Source: Anaerolineales bacterium (GTDB lineage Bacteria > Chloroflexota > Anaerolineae > Anaerolineales > RBG-16-64-43). Taken from it: DNA of 64,000 nt. Of this stretch, positions 40,018-48,727 are shown one piece after another. How positions within the stretch are numbered: the stretch's first letter is position 1; the number at the start of each line of letters is the position of its first letter. The notes below the pieces were generated by a model. That model ran no database searches, had not been told where the DNA came from, and saw nothing but the letters and a program-made list of their open reading frames with translations. Both the position numbers and the translations under genes were made by a program. The stretch spans positions 7,268 to 71,267 of the forward strand of contig JBEKHT010000002.1 in the NCBI GenBank assembly GCA_050012135.1, given 5' to 3'.

Positions 40018-41226
40018 ATGGCTAGACGTCCGCTAGACCCGATATCCCAGCGTATTGCCGCCGTCCAAGAACGCTTCCAACGGCTCACGCAGGCCGGTCT
40101 CTATTACTACAACCTGCCGGTGGCCGAACTGAGGGGGGGCTCGCGAGTAGTGGTCGGTGGGCGCGAGCTGGGGATGTACGCCTCCTACAGCTACCTGGGC
40201 CTCTTGGGACATCCTCGGATTGCCGCCGCAGCGAAAGAAGCCGTCGACAAGTTTGGCACAGGCACGCACGGCGTGCGCCTCCTCGCCGGAACACTGACGC
40301 TTCATCGTGAGCTTGAGAAGGCGATTGCGGACTTCAAGGACACGGAGGATGCGGTCACCTTCTCCTCGGGATATGTCACTAACCTCACGCTGGTGTCCAC
40401 CCTGCTCGGACGGCGCGACGTGGTCCTATGCGACAAGCTGAATCACGCGAGCATCGTGGATGGGTGCCTCCTGTCGGGTGCGAAATTCTGGCGTTTTCGG
40501 CACAATGACACCGGTGATCTCGAGCGTCTGCTGCGGAAGGCACCCGCCTCTGCAGCCAAGCTGGTTGCCGTGGACGCTGTCTTCAGCATGGACGGAGACA
40601 TCATCGATCTGCCGGCAGTTGCCTCCTTGTGCCAGCGCTACGGAGCCTGGTTGATGGTGGACGAAGCCCACTCGCTGGGGGTCCTGGGAAAGGGCGGCCA
40701 CGGGATTGAGGAGCACTTTGGCCTGCGGGACGCAATTGATTTCAAGATGGGGACGCTCAGCAAGGCAATCCCGTCGGTCGGTGGTTATGTGGCGGGGCGC
40801 AGGGATCTGATTTCCTATCTTCGCCACACCGCCCGGGCTTACATTTTCTCAGCCGCTCTCCCGCCGGCCCAGGCCGCCGCGGCCAAGGAGGCCATAGCCA
40901 TAATCTGCGACGAGCCGGAGAGAGTGGAAAGACTGCAGCACAACTCACAGCGGTTCCTCTCCGGGCTCAAGTCCGCCGGATTCGACACCCTGCTCAGCCA
41001 GACCGCAATTGTCCCGATCCTATGCGGAGAGGACGAGCAGGCCTTCCAGATGACCCGGGCCTGCCATGAACAGGGGATGTTCGTTCTTCCCGTGGTTTCG
41101 CCTGCCGTGCCGGAGGGGCTGGCCCGCCTGCGGGCGACGGTCACCGCGGCCCATGAGCCGGCAGAGATCGATGAAGCCGTCGAACTGCTGGCTCGCGCTG
41201 GCCGCAGTGTTGGGGTGTTGTCTTAG
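40018..41226 (+). CDS. PLP-dependent alpha-oxoamine synthase family enzyme (BioF/Kbl/SPT-like)
   Basis: 402 aa. DEAHSLGVLG and the PLP-lysine motif GTLSKAIPSVGGY. Substrate not assignable from sequence. Confidence 0.85.
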   Translation: MARRPLDPISQRIAAVQERFQRLTQAGLYYYNLPVAELRGGSRVVVGGRELGMYASYSYLGLLGHPRIAAAAKEAVDKFGTGTHGVRLLAGTLTLHRELEKAIADFKDTEDAVTFSSGYVTNLTLVSTLLGRRDVVLCDKLNHASIVDGCLLSGAKFWRFRHNDTGDLERLLRKAPASAAKLVAVDAVFSMDGDIIDLPAVASLCQRYGAWLMVDEAHSLGVLGKGGHGIEEHFGLRDAIDFKMGTLSKAIPSVGGYVAGRRDLISYLRHTARAYIFSAALPPAQAAAAKEAIAIICDEPERVERLQHNSQRFLSGLKSAGFDTLLSQTAIVPILCGEDEQAFQMTRACHEQGMFVLPVVSPAVPEGLARLRATVTAAHEPAEIDEAVELLARAGRSVGVLS

Positions 41227-41542
41227 CCCGTTCGGGACCCTGGCGCGCCAAGAGCTCTTGTTTTCAATTTGACCTCAAACTTGCGCCGCACAGGGTGCGA
41301 TTCTGCCTCCCGCCGTTGGGTGCGTTTGGGGCGGCCGGGTGAGGCGCCGCGGAATCCGCGCTGACCGATCGGATGGGATGATCTTGCCTCCTCGCGCGGA
41401 ACGAGACTGACCCGCGCGAACTCGTGGGAGCATTTGGCAAGACGAGGTTTCTCGGCCGGAAGGTCACGAACGGACGGCCTGGGGTCTGATGCCGCTCGAA
41501 ACTGGAGCGGGTTGGGTCACCGGTCCTTGCGGGAGGGAAGCC

Positions 41543-42745
41543 ATGAGGCCTCCGTGCCTGAAATTGAAACCGCAACGAGAGAAGTCGGTGCTGCGTCATC
41601 ATCCCTGGGTTTTCTCGGGCGCGGTCGATCAGACGCTCGGGTCCCCCGCCCCCGGCCAGACCGTGGAGGTCTATTCCTCTGAAGATCAGTGGCTGGCACG
41701 GGCGGCCTTCAGCCCTCACTCGCAGATCGTGGCACGGGTTTGGACCTGGGACGAGGCTGAAACCATCGACGCCGGATTCTTCCAACGCCGGATCGAAGCC
41801 TCTGCGAACCGGCGCACCTGGCTCCAATCTTCCACCGATGGGATCCGCCTGGTCAATGCGGAAAGTGATGGCCTGCCCGGGCTGGTTGTCGACCGGTACG
41901 GACGGTTCCTGGTCGTGCAGTTCCTGAGCGCAGGCCCGGAACACTGGAAGGGGGAGATCGTGAGCGTCCTGCGGTCGATGGAAGGCATTTCGGGCCTCTA
42001 CGAGCGGTCGGACGTAGAGGTCAGGGAGAAAGAGGACCTGCCTCAAACGGCGGGTATCCTGTGGGGAGAGACGCCTTCTGGCCCAGTCGAAATCGTCGAG
42101 GGCCAATGGCGCTTTCTGGTGGATATCCAAGGTGGACAAAAGACCGGGTTCTATTTGGATCAGAGGGAGAGCCGAGCGGCGGTCCGTGACCTTGTTCGCA
42201 GTCTCCTGCCAGGGTCCCAAGTGCTGAATGCCTTCGCCTACACGGGAGCCTTCGCCGTTGCCGCCCTGGCGGGCGGGGCGGCGAGGGTGATCAACGTGGA
42301 CTCGTCTGCCGCCGCGCTGGGCCTGGCAAAGCAGAATCTCGCGCTCAACCAACGATCGGCCGGAAGAGAGGATTTCATTGAGGGGGATGTCTTTCGAGTC
42401 CTGCGCGAGTATCGCGACTCGGGCACGAGCTTCGATGGGATCATCCTCGACCCCCCCAAGCTGGCGCCGTCCAGTTCGCAGGTCCCGCGTGCCGCGCGCG
42501 CCTACAAAGATCTCAACTGGCTCGCCTTCCGGCTGACACGCCCGGGAGGTTGCGTGGTCACCTTTTCCTGTTCAGGGGCCGTGAGTGAAGACCTGTTTCA
42601 GAAGATCGTGTTTGGGGCTTCAATTGACGCGGGCAGAGAGGTGCAGATCCTGGGAAAGCTGCGTCAGTCCAGCGACCATCCTGTCCGCCTCAGCTTTCCG
42701 GAAGGAGCCTACCTGAAGGGCTTGATTTGCCGCGTCGAGCAATAG
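41543..42745 (+). CDS. rlmI: 23S rRNA m5C methyltransferase RlmI-like (PUA plus SAM-MTase)
   Basis: LKPQREKSVLRHHPWVFSGAV N-terminus, VLNAFAYTGAFAV and IILDPPK motifs. ATG 41543 follows GGGAGGGA. Confidence 0.8.
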   Translation: MRPPCLKLKPQREKSVLRHHPWVFSGAVDQTLGSPAPGQTVEVYSSEDQWLARAAFSPHSQIVARVWTWDEAETIDAGFFQRRIEASANRRTWLQSSTDGIRLVNAESDGLPGLVVDRYGRFLVVQFLSAGPEHWKGEIVSVLRSMEGISGLYERSDVEVREKEDLPQTAGILWGETPSGPVEIVEGQWRFLVDIQGGQKTGFYLDQRESRAAVRDLVRSLLPGSQVLNAFAYTGAFAVAALAGGAARVINVDSSAAALGLAKQNLALNQRSAGREDFIEGDVFRVLREYRDSGTSFDGIILDPPKLAPSSSQVPRAARAYKDLNWLAFRLTRPGGCVVTFSCSGAVSEDLFQKIVFGASIDAGREVQILGKLRQSSDHPVRLSFPEGAYLKGLICRVEQ

Positions 42746-42861
42746 CCTGCAAGGCCGGGTGAGAGGGGCAGGCCAAGCAGCTGGGGGTCCCCGCCCCTTG
42801 GGAATGGATCTATTGGAGTGGCAGGAGCGCCGTTTGACGACACCTGTCGTGTTCGCAACGT

Positions 42862-42874
42862 TTGTATGATACAA
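42862..42874 (+). promoter_or_regulatory. Perfect palindrome TTGTAT-G-ATACAA, candidate TetR operator
   Basis: 13-bp 6-1-6 palindrome overlapping -10-like hexamers (TATGAT/TACAAT), 70 nt upstream of the TetR gene. Confidence 0.4.
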
Positions 42875-42943
42875 TTGGCCAGGGTGGCGCTGTTCTTCTG
42901 TTTGGACTTGTCCGTTTCCAGCCCCTTCAAGCTGAGGTAAGAG

Positions 42944-43537
42944 ATGTCAATTTTGGTAAAGGAGAAAAGGACCGAAACAAGAGTGGATCCCCGCGTGAGG
43001 CGGACCCGCAAGCTGCTTATGGAGGCGTTCCTGGGGTTGATGAAGGAGCAGAGCTTCCGTTCCATCACCATCCAGGGCATCGCCGCGCGGGCAGGGGTCA
43101 ATCGAGCCACTTTCTATTCGCATTTTGAGGACAAGTACGACCTGCTGAACGCATTCGTGTGCGAGGGCTTTGAGGAGTGGGTCTCGAAAAGGGTCAGCTC
43201 GGCGGATGGATTTAGCCGCGCTCGGCTGCGTCTCCTGGTGGCGACCGTGTTTGAATTCCTGGCCGAGGTGGATGCGCACTGTGCCCAAGCCACCCAGCTG
43301 ATTGAACCGATGTTTGCGAGCGCCGTCCAGCAAGAGCTCAATACTCTTCTCTTGAGTTGGCTGAGGCCGGTCCCTCCCGAAATCCTGCCCGCCTGGCACT
43401 TGCCCGAGACGGCGGCCCTGGTTTGGAGTTGGGCCATCTTCGGGGCGGGGATCAAGTGGAGTCGCGAAGGCGGTAACCTCACCGCGGATGAGATGGCCGC
43501 GGAGCTCTTGGAAGTGCTCCTGCCCGAAGGCCGCTGA
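42944..43537 (+). CDS. TetR/AcrR family transcriptional regulator
   Basis: N-terminal HTH FRSITIQGIAARAGVNRATFYSHFEDKYDL. Confidence 0.85.
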   Translation: MSILVKEKRTETRVDPRVRRTRKLLMEAFLGLMKEQSFRSITIQGIAARAGVNRATFYSHFEDKYDLLNAFVCEGFEEWVSKRVSSADGFSRARLRLLVATVFEFLAEVDAHCAQATQLIEPMFASAVQQELNTLLLSWLRPVPPEILPAWHLPETAALVWSWAIFGAGIKWSREGGNLTADEMAAELLEVLLPEGR

Positions 43538-43686
43538 TCCCCCCAGCTCGGGCTCTGCTCGGGCCGCAAAAAGGAGCGGCGTCGGGGGTCTTTTTCTGCC
43601 CCTGGCGCCGCTTGGCTGGTTATCTCGAGAAGGCCGAGCTTCCCCAAGCGGTCTGGTTGAACACCGGTTGACTTTCGCCCGGGGAC

Positions 43687-44622
43687 CTACTTGTCCGCGA
43701 TGTGCAGGATGATTCGCCCGCGGCCGTGGCGCGTCTCGCTCTGAGCTTGGGCCTTTCCGGCTTCGGAGAGCGGAAACAGCGGGCCGAGGACCGGGCGGAT
43801 TTGTTTGGACTCGATCAACTCGGTGATTTGGTGCAAGTGTTCCGGAGCGGCCCTCCCGGTAGTGGCGACGCGGATCCCCATGGCCTTGGCCTTGTCCTGG
43901 CGGACCTGACCGGCAATGGACACCAGGACTCCGCCGGGACGAAGTACCTGCAGGGAGCGATCGATAACGTCCCCACCGACCGTGTCGATGACCACATCGA
44001 CGTCTCGCACGGCGTTTTCAAATGGAACCGCCCCATAATCGATTGCCTGCTCGACTCCGAGGGAGTGCAGGAAATCAATATTGGCTGCCGACGAGGTCCC
44101 TATGACGCGCGCGCCTTTCCAGTGGGCCAGCTGCACGGCCAGGGCCCCGACGCCGCCGGCTGCTCCCTGCACGAGGACCCGCTGCCCGGATTGCACTTCC
44201 GCCGCGACGATCACGGCGCCCCATGCCGTCAAGGCACCGACCGGCAAGGTTGCCGCCTGGTCAAAGCTGAGGATGTCGGGTCTGGGGGCCAGACCACTTT
44301 CCAGCGCGACCCCGTACTCGGCGTACGCGCCCGAGACGAAACCGTAGACGGCTTGGCCCGGCCGCAAAGCGTTGGTCCCCGGGCCGGCCGTTGCCACCAC
44401 CCCGGCCCCATCCAGTCCGGGCGTCCAGGGGAAAACTAGAGGTTGCCACGCTTTGGTCAACCCGGCCCGCATTTTCCAATCCACAGGGTTGACCCCCGCG
44501 GCGAACATGCGAACCACCACTTCACCCGCTTTGGGTTCCGGACGAGGGGCCGGTTCAAGGACGAGACGCTCCGGTCCGCCGTAGTCATGCACGCGTATGG
44601 CCATCATCATCTGAGCAGACAT
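43687..44622 (-). CDS. MDR-superfamily NADPH:quinone oxidoreductase-like protein
   Basis: 311 aa. Nucleotide-binding GAAGGVGALAVQLA. GroES-like N-terminal domain. Confidence 0.85.
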   Translation of the reverse strand: MSAQMMMAIRVHDYGGPERLVLEPAPRPEPKAGEVVVRMFAAGVNPVDWKMRAGLTKAWQPLVFPWTPGLDGAGVVATAGPGTNALRPGQAVYGFVSGAYAEYGVALESGLAPRPDILSFDQAATLPVGALTAWGAVIVAAEVQSGQRVLVQGAAGGVGALAVQLAHWKGARVIGTSSAANIDFLHSLGVEQAIDYGAVPFENAVRDVDVVIDTVGGDVIDRSLQVLRPGGVLVSIAGQVRQDKAKAMGIRVATTGRAAPEHLHQITELIESKQIRPVLGPLFPLSEAGKAQAQSETRHGRGRIILHIADK

Positions 44623-44625
44623 CGG

Positions 44626-45285
44626 CTATCCTCCCGGGGCAGGTTTTTCGGAAGCGCCAACGAGCCTCTTCGATCGCGGGGTTTCCATCACCCGATCAAT
44701 CAAGCCATATTGAACTGCCTGCTCGGCACTCAGGAAAAAGTTGCGCTCGGTGTCCCGGACGATCACATCCAGCGGCTGCCCCGTGTGAAGCGACATGATT
44801 TCGTTCAGGCGGCTCTTGAGCCGCAGGATCTCGCGCGCCTGGATCTCAATCTCCGTCGCTTTCCCCTGAGCTCCCCCCAGCGGCTGGTGCATGTGGATGG
44901 TGGCGTGCGGCAGGGCATAGCGTTGGCCTTTGGTCCCCCCCGTCAGGAGCACTGTGCCGAAAGAAGCCGTCACGCCAACGGCCAAGGTGGCGATCGGATT
45001 CGGGATCATCTGCATCGTGTCGTAGATCGCCATGCCCGAATAGATGACCCCTCCCGGTGAATTGATGTACATCTGGATGGGCGCCTCTGGATCCTGTTGA
45101 CTCAGGTAGACCAGCTGGGCCACGATGGAATTGGCCGTCTGATCATTGATCTCATCCCCGACGAAGACAATTCGATGGCGCAGCAGAAGAGAGTAGATAT
45201 CAAAGGCTCTTTCTCCGCGTTCTGTCATTTCTGTCACCATCGGAATGGCGGACCAGGGTACTTTCTCTGGATACAGAAACGTCAT
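44626..45285 (-). CDS. clpP: ATP-dependent Clp protease proteolytic subunit
   Basis: ATG 45285 follows GGAGG. ERAFDIYSLLL, active-site GVTASFGTVLL and IHMHQPLGG. The track N-terminal 69 aa are spurious. Confidence 0.9.
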   Translation of the reverse strand: MTFLYPEKVPWSAIPMVTEMTERGERAFDIYSLLLRHRIVFVGDEINDQTANSIVAQLVYLSQQDPEAPIQMYINSPGGVIYSGMAIYDTMQMIPNPIATLAVGVTASFGTVLLTGGTKGQRYALPHATIHMHQPLGGAQGKATEIEIQAREILRLKSRLNEIMSLHTGQPLDVIVRDTERNFFLSAEQAVQYGLIDRVMETPRSKRLVGASEKPAPGG

Positions 45286-45320
45286 GGTGTAACCTCCGGT
45301 TTTGCAGTTCCGGCCCTCCG

Positions 45321-45700
45321 TCACAGATGGAGGGCGGAGAATTTCCCATAGGGCGTCGAGGCGGCCATCAGGAGAAGTATAGCCGTCATGGCCATGCTGC
45401 TGTACTCTCGCCGACGCAGGTGAGTGAAGGAGGCACCCAACATTACCAGGACCAGCCCGGCCGCGGAGGCGTAAGCCAACGCAAGACGCCACTCAGAGAG
45501 GGCAGGATCAATCCGGCCGCCGCCAAGACTTCCAGCAGCCCGATGACCTTGACCGCTGGCGCTGAGAAATGCGCCACCCAGCCCATGCGGACGGCCAGTT
45601 TCTCCCTAGGCTGGGAAAGTTTCATTGACCCGGCCATCACGAATACTACCGCCAGAACCGCCTGCAGGATCCAGATGACCAACAGTATTTCTCTAAACAC
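45321..45700 (-). pseudogene. DoxX-family membrane protein gene interrupted by a 1-nt frameshift
   Basis: Frame A (track 45443..45700) ends ...GLILPSLSGVLRWLTPPRPGWSW*. The adjacent frame continues AAGLVLVMLGASFTHLRRREYSSMAMTAILLLMAASTPYGKFSALHL* to TGA 45321-45323. The span is 380 nt, which is 3n-1. The junction is around 45462-45472. Confidence 0.6.
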
Positions 45701-45823
45701 TTAAGCCCCTGCCCCCGGGCAGAATTCATGGTACAAGTTAGCCTGAACGAAGACGCCGGCGGCGTGTGAGGCCCCGGCGTGTGGCCAGCGGTCGCTCGCT
45801 GACAACCGAAGGATAACACTCTC

Positions 45824-45855
45824 GGGCCGTCCGCGTCAACCGCGGGCGGCCCGTT
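45824..45855 (+). repeat. 32-nt hairpin element, copy A (GGGCCGTCCGCG-TCAAC-CGCGGGCGGCCCGTT)
   Basis: 27/32 identical to copy B. It lies ~17 nt before the RBS and GTG of the 45872 gene. Confidence 0.5.
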
Positions 45856-45871
45856 TCGTTGGAGGTGCCGA

Positions 45872-46498
45872 GTGGGCAAGAGGATGACCGTCGGGCAGGC
45901 GGAGCGCCGACTCGCGTGGCATGCTAAAGCCAACGTGTCAGAATACGTGCGCACAGTTGTTGAGAACACCAGCCTCGAGGCAGATCTTCGAAAGATCCGA
46001 CGATCGTTCGAATTGCCTCTTGCGGACTGGAAAGAATACCTCGCGTATGTCAATGACCGTCTGGCCCATCAGGACTTTGACACCCTGGCTGAATTCAAGC
46101 GCCAGATAGATTCAATCGTGTCCGCTCACCACGTAGAGAAATGGCGCGGGGAGGTGGAGGCGTGGGCACTATATGGGACGCCTCCCCGGGTGGTTGGCAG
46201 ATCGGGATTTCCCGGCATCGCCTATTCGCGCCGCTCTGACGGAATTTTCCTGCCCACAATCGTGATTCCGGAAGACTTCGATGCCTCCAACCCCCACGCT
46301 CAAGCCTTCCTCATGGCGCTGCAGTGGCACGTGGATCCTTGCCCTCAACCGATCCGGGTTGGGGTCAAGATGGACTTTCGGCCCGTCTGGGAGTGGTATA
46401 AGCGTCACCCCAACTTCTCCCAACGCAAACTCGCCGAGCACCTGGGCTATACGCGCCCCTACCTCAATCGCAGGCTGAAAGAACTAGATACAGATTAG
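45872..46498 (+). CDS. Hypothetical protein with C-terminal helix-turn-helix
   Basis: GTG follows GGAGGTG. C-terminus FSQRKLAEHLGYTRPYLNRRLKEL is HTH-like. No family recognised. Confidence 0.5.
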   Translation: MGKRMTVGQAERRLAWHAKANVSEYVRTVVENTSLEADLRKIRRSFELPLADWKEYLAYVNDRLAHQDFDTLAEFKRQIDSIVSAHHVEKWRGEVEAWALYGTPPRVVGRSGFPGIAYSRRSDGIFLPTIVIPEDFDASNPHAQAFLMALQWHVDPCPQPIRVGVKMDFRPVWEWYKRHPNFSQRKLAEHLGYTRPYLNRRLKELDTD

Positions 46499-46581
46499 CC
46501 CTCATCTGTAAGCGACAAGACCAGTACAACCCCTTAGACTAACCTCATTGTCGGCATTGGAAACCGAAGGAGGCTGGTCGC

Positions 46582-46791
46582 ATGGGTCGTTATCGGCGAT
46601 TCGCGTTTCTTGTCAACGGGGATGAGCGCGCCAGAATAAGGACGCTCGCCGAACGACTGCAGCGGAGTGAATCCGATGCAGTTCGCCTCATCGTCCGCGA
46701 AGCCGTGCGGCAGCTCGATGTTTCTGTCATCCCCTCCACTGACCAACTACGCCCTCCAGGAGCGGGCGGCCGTGCGGCCGGCGAGCCATGA
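46582..46791 (+). CDS. Ribbon-helix-helix (CopG/Arc-like) small DNA-binding protein
   Basis: GGAGG RBS. RRFAFLVNGDERARIRTLAERLQRSESDAVRLIVREAV fits a strand-helix-helix pattern. Confidence 0.55.
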   Translation: MGRYRRFAFLVNGDERARIRTLAERLQRSESDAVRLIVREAVRQLDVSVIPSTDQLRPPGAGGRAAGEP

Positions 46792-46919
46792 GGAAACGAG
46801 CGCGCGCTCCGCGCCCTGCGCCCGTGGCCGAGCGCCCGAGAGGTGAGGCGGTGATCCGCTGCCTGGTTGCGCTTAATGCCGCCGTTGATGAGGCGAACAA
46901 GAGAGAGCGTCGGCGATGA
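46788..46919 (+). CDS. 43-aa basic micro-ORF, ATGA-coupled
   Basis: Its ATG overlaps the RHH stop (ATGA). MRKRARAPRPAPVAERPRGEAVIRCLVALNAAVDEANKRERRR. Confidence 0.3.
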   Translation: MRKRARAPRPAPVAERPRGEAVIRCLVALNAAVDEANKRERRR

Positions 46920-47089
46920 CGGACAATGAAGCGCCAATGGGGAGCGACTCAGCGGTCGAGGCGGAGCATGACTGGATTATCTGCGACGGTTGCGACGAGC
47001 GGGTTGATCGCGCCACGTTGAATCCTCTGGATCCTGTCTGCCCTCATTGTGGCTGGTCGCTGTGGCCGGTCCCGGAGCGTGCCGGATGA
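46916..47089 (+). CDS. 57-aa zinc-ribbon micro-protein, ATGA-coupled
   Basis: Its ATG overlaps the previous stop. CDGC-N15-CPHC pattern (WIICDGCDERV...DPVCPHCGW). Confidence 0.45.
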   Translation: MTDNEAPMGSDSAVEAEHDWIICDGCDERVDRATLNPLDPVCPHCGWSLWPVPERAG

Positions 47090-47295
47090 GCGCCGGCTGC
47101 GAGATGTCATCCTGGCCTCCAGCCCGATCCAGAGCCTTTTGGCGAACCAAGCGACCTATCATCAGCACGTCGGGCGACCGCCGAAGGTGAAGCAGATGGC
47201 GTAGAATGTAGGGGATCGAAACCCCCCGCGACGGTTGAACGTCCGGGCGGAGGCCAGTGCGATACGGGCGCACGGCAGCCACACTCCAGCACAAC

Positions 47296-47327
47296 CGGGC
47301 CGTCGGCGTCGATCACTGGCGGCCCGT
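47296..47327 (+). repeat. 32-nt hairpin element, copy B (GGGCCGTC-N13-GGCGGCCCGTT)
   Basis: 27/32 identical to copy A. It lies ~20 nt before the start of the 47348 gene. Confidence 0.5.
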
Positions 47328-47347
47328 TAGCTTTATGGAAGGTGCAC

Positions 47348-47968
47348 ATGCCACAAAAGCCGATCGTGCTCAACACGACGCTTGAGTATTTCCAAAACTG
47401 GCTCGAGCAGAAGACAGCCTGGCCTAGCGTGCTGCGAGTGGGCACGAGACTTGTCACCCTCCAAAGGGCCACCGCCCGGCCGCTTGGGCCTGGACACATT
47501 GAGAGTTCAATTGATGCCACATGGAGCCAACCAGCGAGGAGAAGGCGCTCAACCAGTTACGGTGCCGAGGGCCTACTGCGCGGGTGCATCGTGTTCAGGC
47601 TAGACGCCCTCGGCCCCAGCCGAGTGGGGTTGCAGCCGCGTCTGCGATACGAGCCCGTTCGCGCCTACTACCATGAGCTGCTGCATGACATTGCGGCCCG
47701 CTGGCCCCGGTCGGTTGCGCACCCTCGCAAATCTCAAGCCCCCTCAGCTCCTCGCAAATCGCAGCCCAACAGGCGGGAGGTCGCCCAAGCAAGGGAACGG
47801 AAGGAGGCAAGGCTCGAGGCAGCCACGCAGAGAAGGAAGCGCCTGGCTAAACAAGCTGTGCGCCTCTATCATGAGGATCCGGAGCCATCCTGGAAGAAGG
47901 TTGGCCGGAAACTAGGCTACTCAACGCGCACGCTCAGGATGTGGAGGAGCGAGTTTGACCTGAATTGA
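47348..47968 (+). CDS. Hypothetical protein with C-terminal helix-turn-helix
   Basis: ATG follows GGAAGGTG. Basic coiled segment, then SWKKVGRKLGYSTRTLRMWRSEF (HTH-like). No family recognised. Confidence 0.5.
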   Translation: MPQKPIVLNTTLEYFQNWLEQKTAWPSVLRVGTRLVTLQRATARPLGPGHIESSIDATWSQPARRRRSTSYGAEGLLRGCIVFRLDALGPSRVGLQPRLRYEPVRAYYHELLHDIAARWPRSVAHPRKSQAPSAPRKSQPNRREVAQARERKEARLEAATQRRKRLAKQAVRLYHEDPEPSWKKVGRKLGYSTRTLRMWRSEFDLN

Positions 47969-48002
47969 CCTGGCCAGAGCAACAGAGCGGCAAACAGCGG
48001 AA

Positions 48003-48040
48003 CGGCAGCGGCATAACTATTGTCGCTGCCGCTTTGTTTC
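48003..48040 (+). terminator. Terminator-like hairpin after the 47348 gene
   Basis: CGGCAGCG-N13-CGCTGCCG stem followed by CTTTGTTTC. Confidence 0.5.
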
Positions 48041-48161
48041 TGTAGGATGACTGCAAAGAACGAAGAACGCGGAGGTGCAATGCCAAGGATCACTGTTGTG
48101 CTTCGTCCGGAGGAACGTAAGGGCTGAGAGGATTCGCGAAGGTAGGAACTAGGAGGCAAAA

Positions 48162-48590
48162 ATGGCCTGGATGATGAACCTGCACGTAATGGAAAATCCG
48201 AACTCAACTCCGTGGGGTATCGCCGCGGAGGTCTTTGGCGAGAGGGTGGGTCGCCCTTCGCCCATTGTGCTCGCCACGACTTCGACCCAGCAGTTGTTTC
48301 TGGCGTGCGGTCCGGTGATGCTCACCGGCCTAATCGGTGTGGTCACGACCGTTTTCGATGCCGCGGCCAGCTTGCTAAGATTTTGGATTGGCACCTCGGG
48401 CTCAACGGACATCTGCGCCGCCTCAGCCACGCTAGCCTCGGCCGCGGTGGGAACGGTCGCCTATATCACTGGCGTCTTTTGTACAGCCTGCCAGATCTGC
48501 AAAACGATGATCATCTTGCCCTTTCTTCATGGCGACCCATTCACGGCGACCGTTGGTTATTCGACGTCCGTTGTCTTTGTGGGATCATAG
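48162..48590 (+). CDS. Hypothetical Thr/Ser/Ala/Gly/Cys-rich, probably membrane-associated protein
   Basis: Strong RBS (GGAGG, then 6 nt, then ATG). Hydrophobic stretches and a CTACQIC motif. Local G+C is visibly lower. Confidence 0.45.
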   Translation: MAWMMNLHVMENPNSTPWGIAAEVFGERVGRPSPIVLATTSTQQLFLACGPVMLTGLIGVVTTVFDAAASLLRFWIGTSGSTDICAASATLASAAVGTVAYITGVFCTACQICKTMIILPFLHGDPFTATVGYSTSVVFVGS

Positions 48591-48727
48591 GATGACCCGA
48601 GGAGGAATCAACGGTCAAGAGCGGGTCTTTGTTGCCTAAACAACAGAAGCCCTGGAATGTGGGTGAGCGGGTCTCTTCAAGAGCGTATTCAACCAAGCGC
48701 GGGCTCCGCAGGGAGCCCGCGCTGCAG

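Noticed and set aside
45646-47520. Antisense ORFs 45646..46053 and 47107..47520 share a peptide NGPP(A/V)(V/I)DADGP(R/V)VL, which suggests paralogous proteins.
   Set aside because: The shared peptide is simply the translation of the duplicated 32-nt hairpin element on the opposite strand. The rest of both ORFs is junk.
45720-48727. Direct repeat of the ssrA 3' end (attL/attR) and an integrase delimiting the islet.
   Set aside because: By eye there is no second copy of GAGATGGCGGGAATCGAACCC or any sub-segment of it, and no tyrosine or serine recombinase ORF. The island hypothesis is kept only at low confidence.
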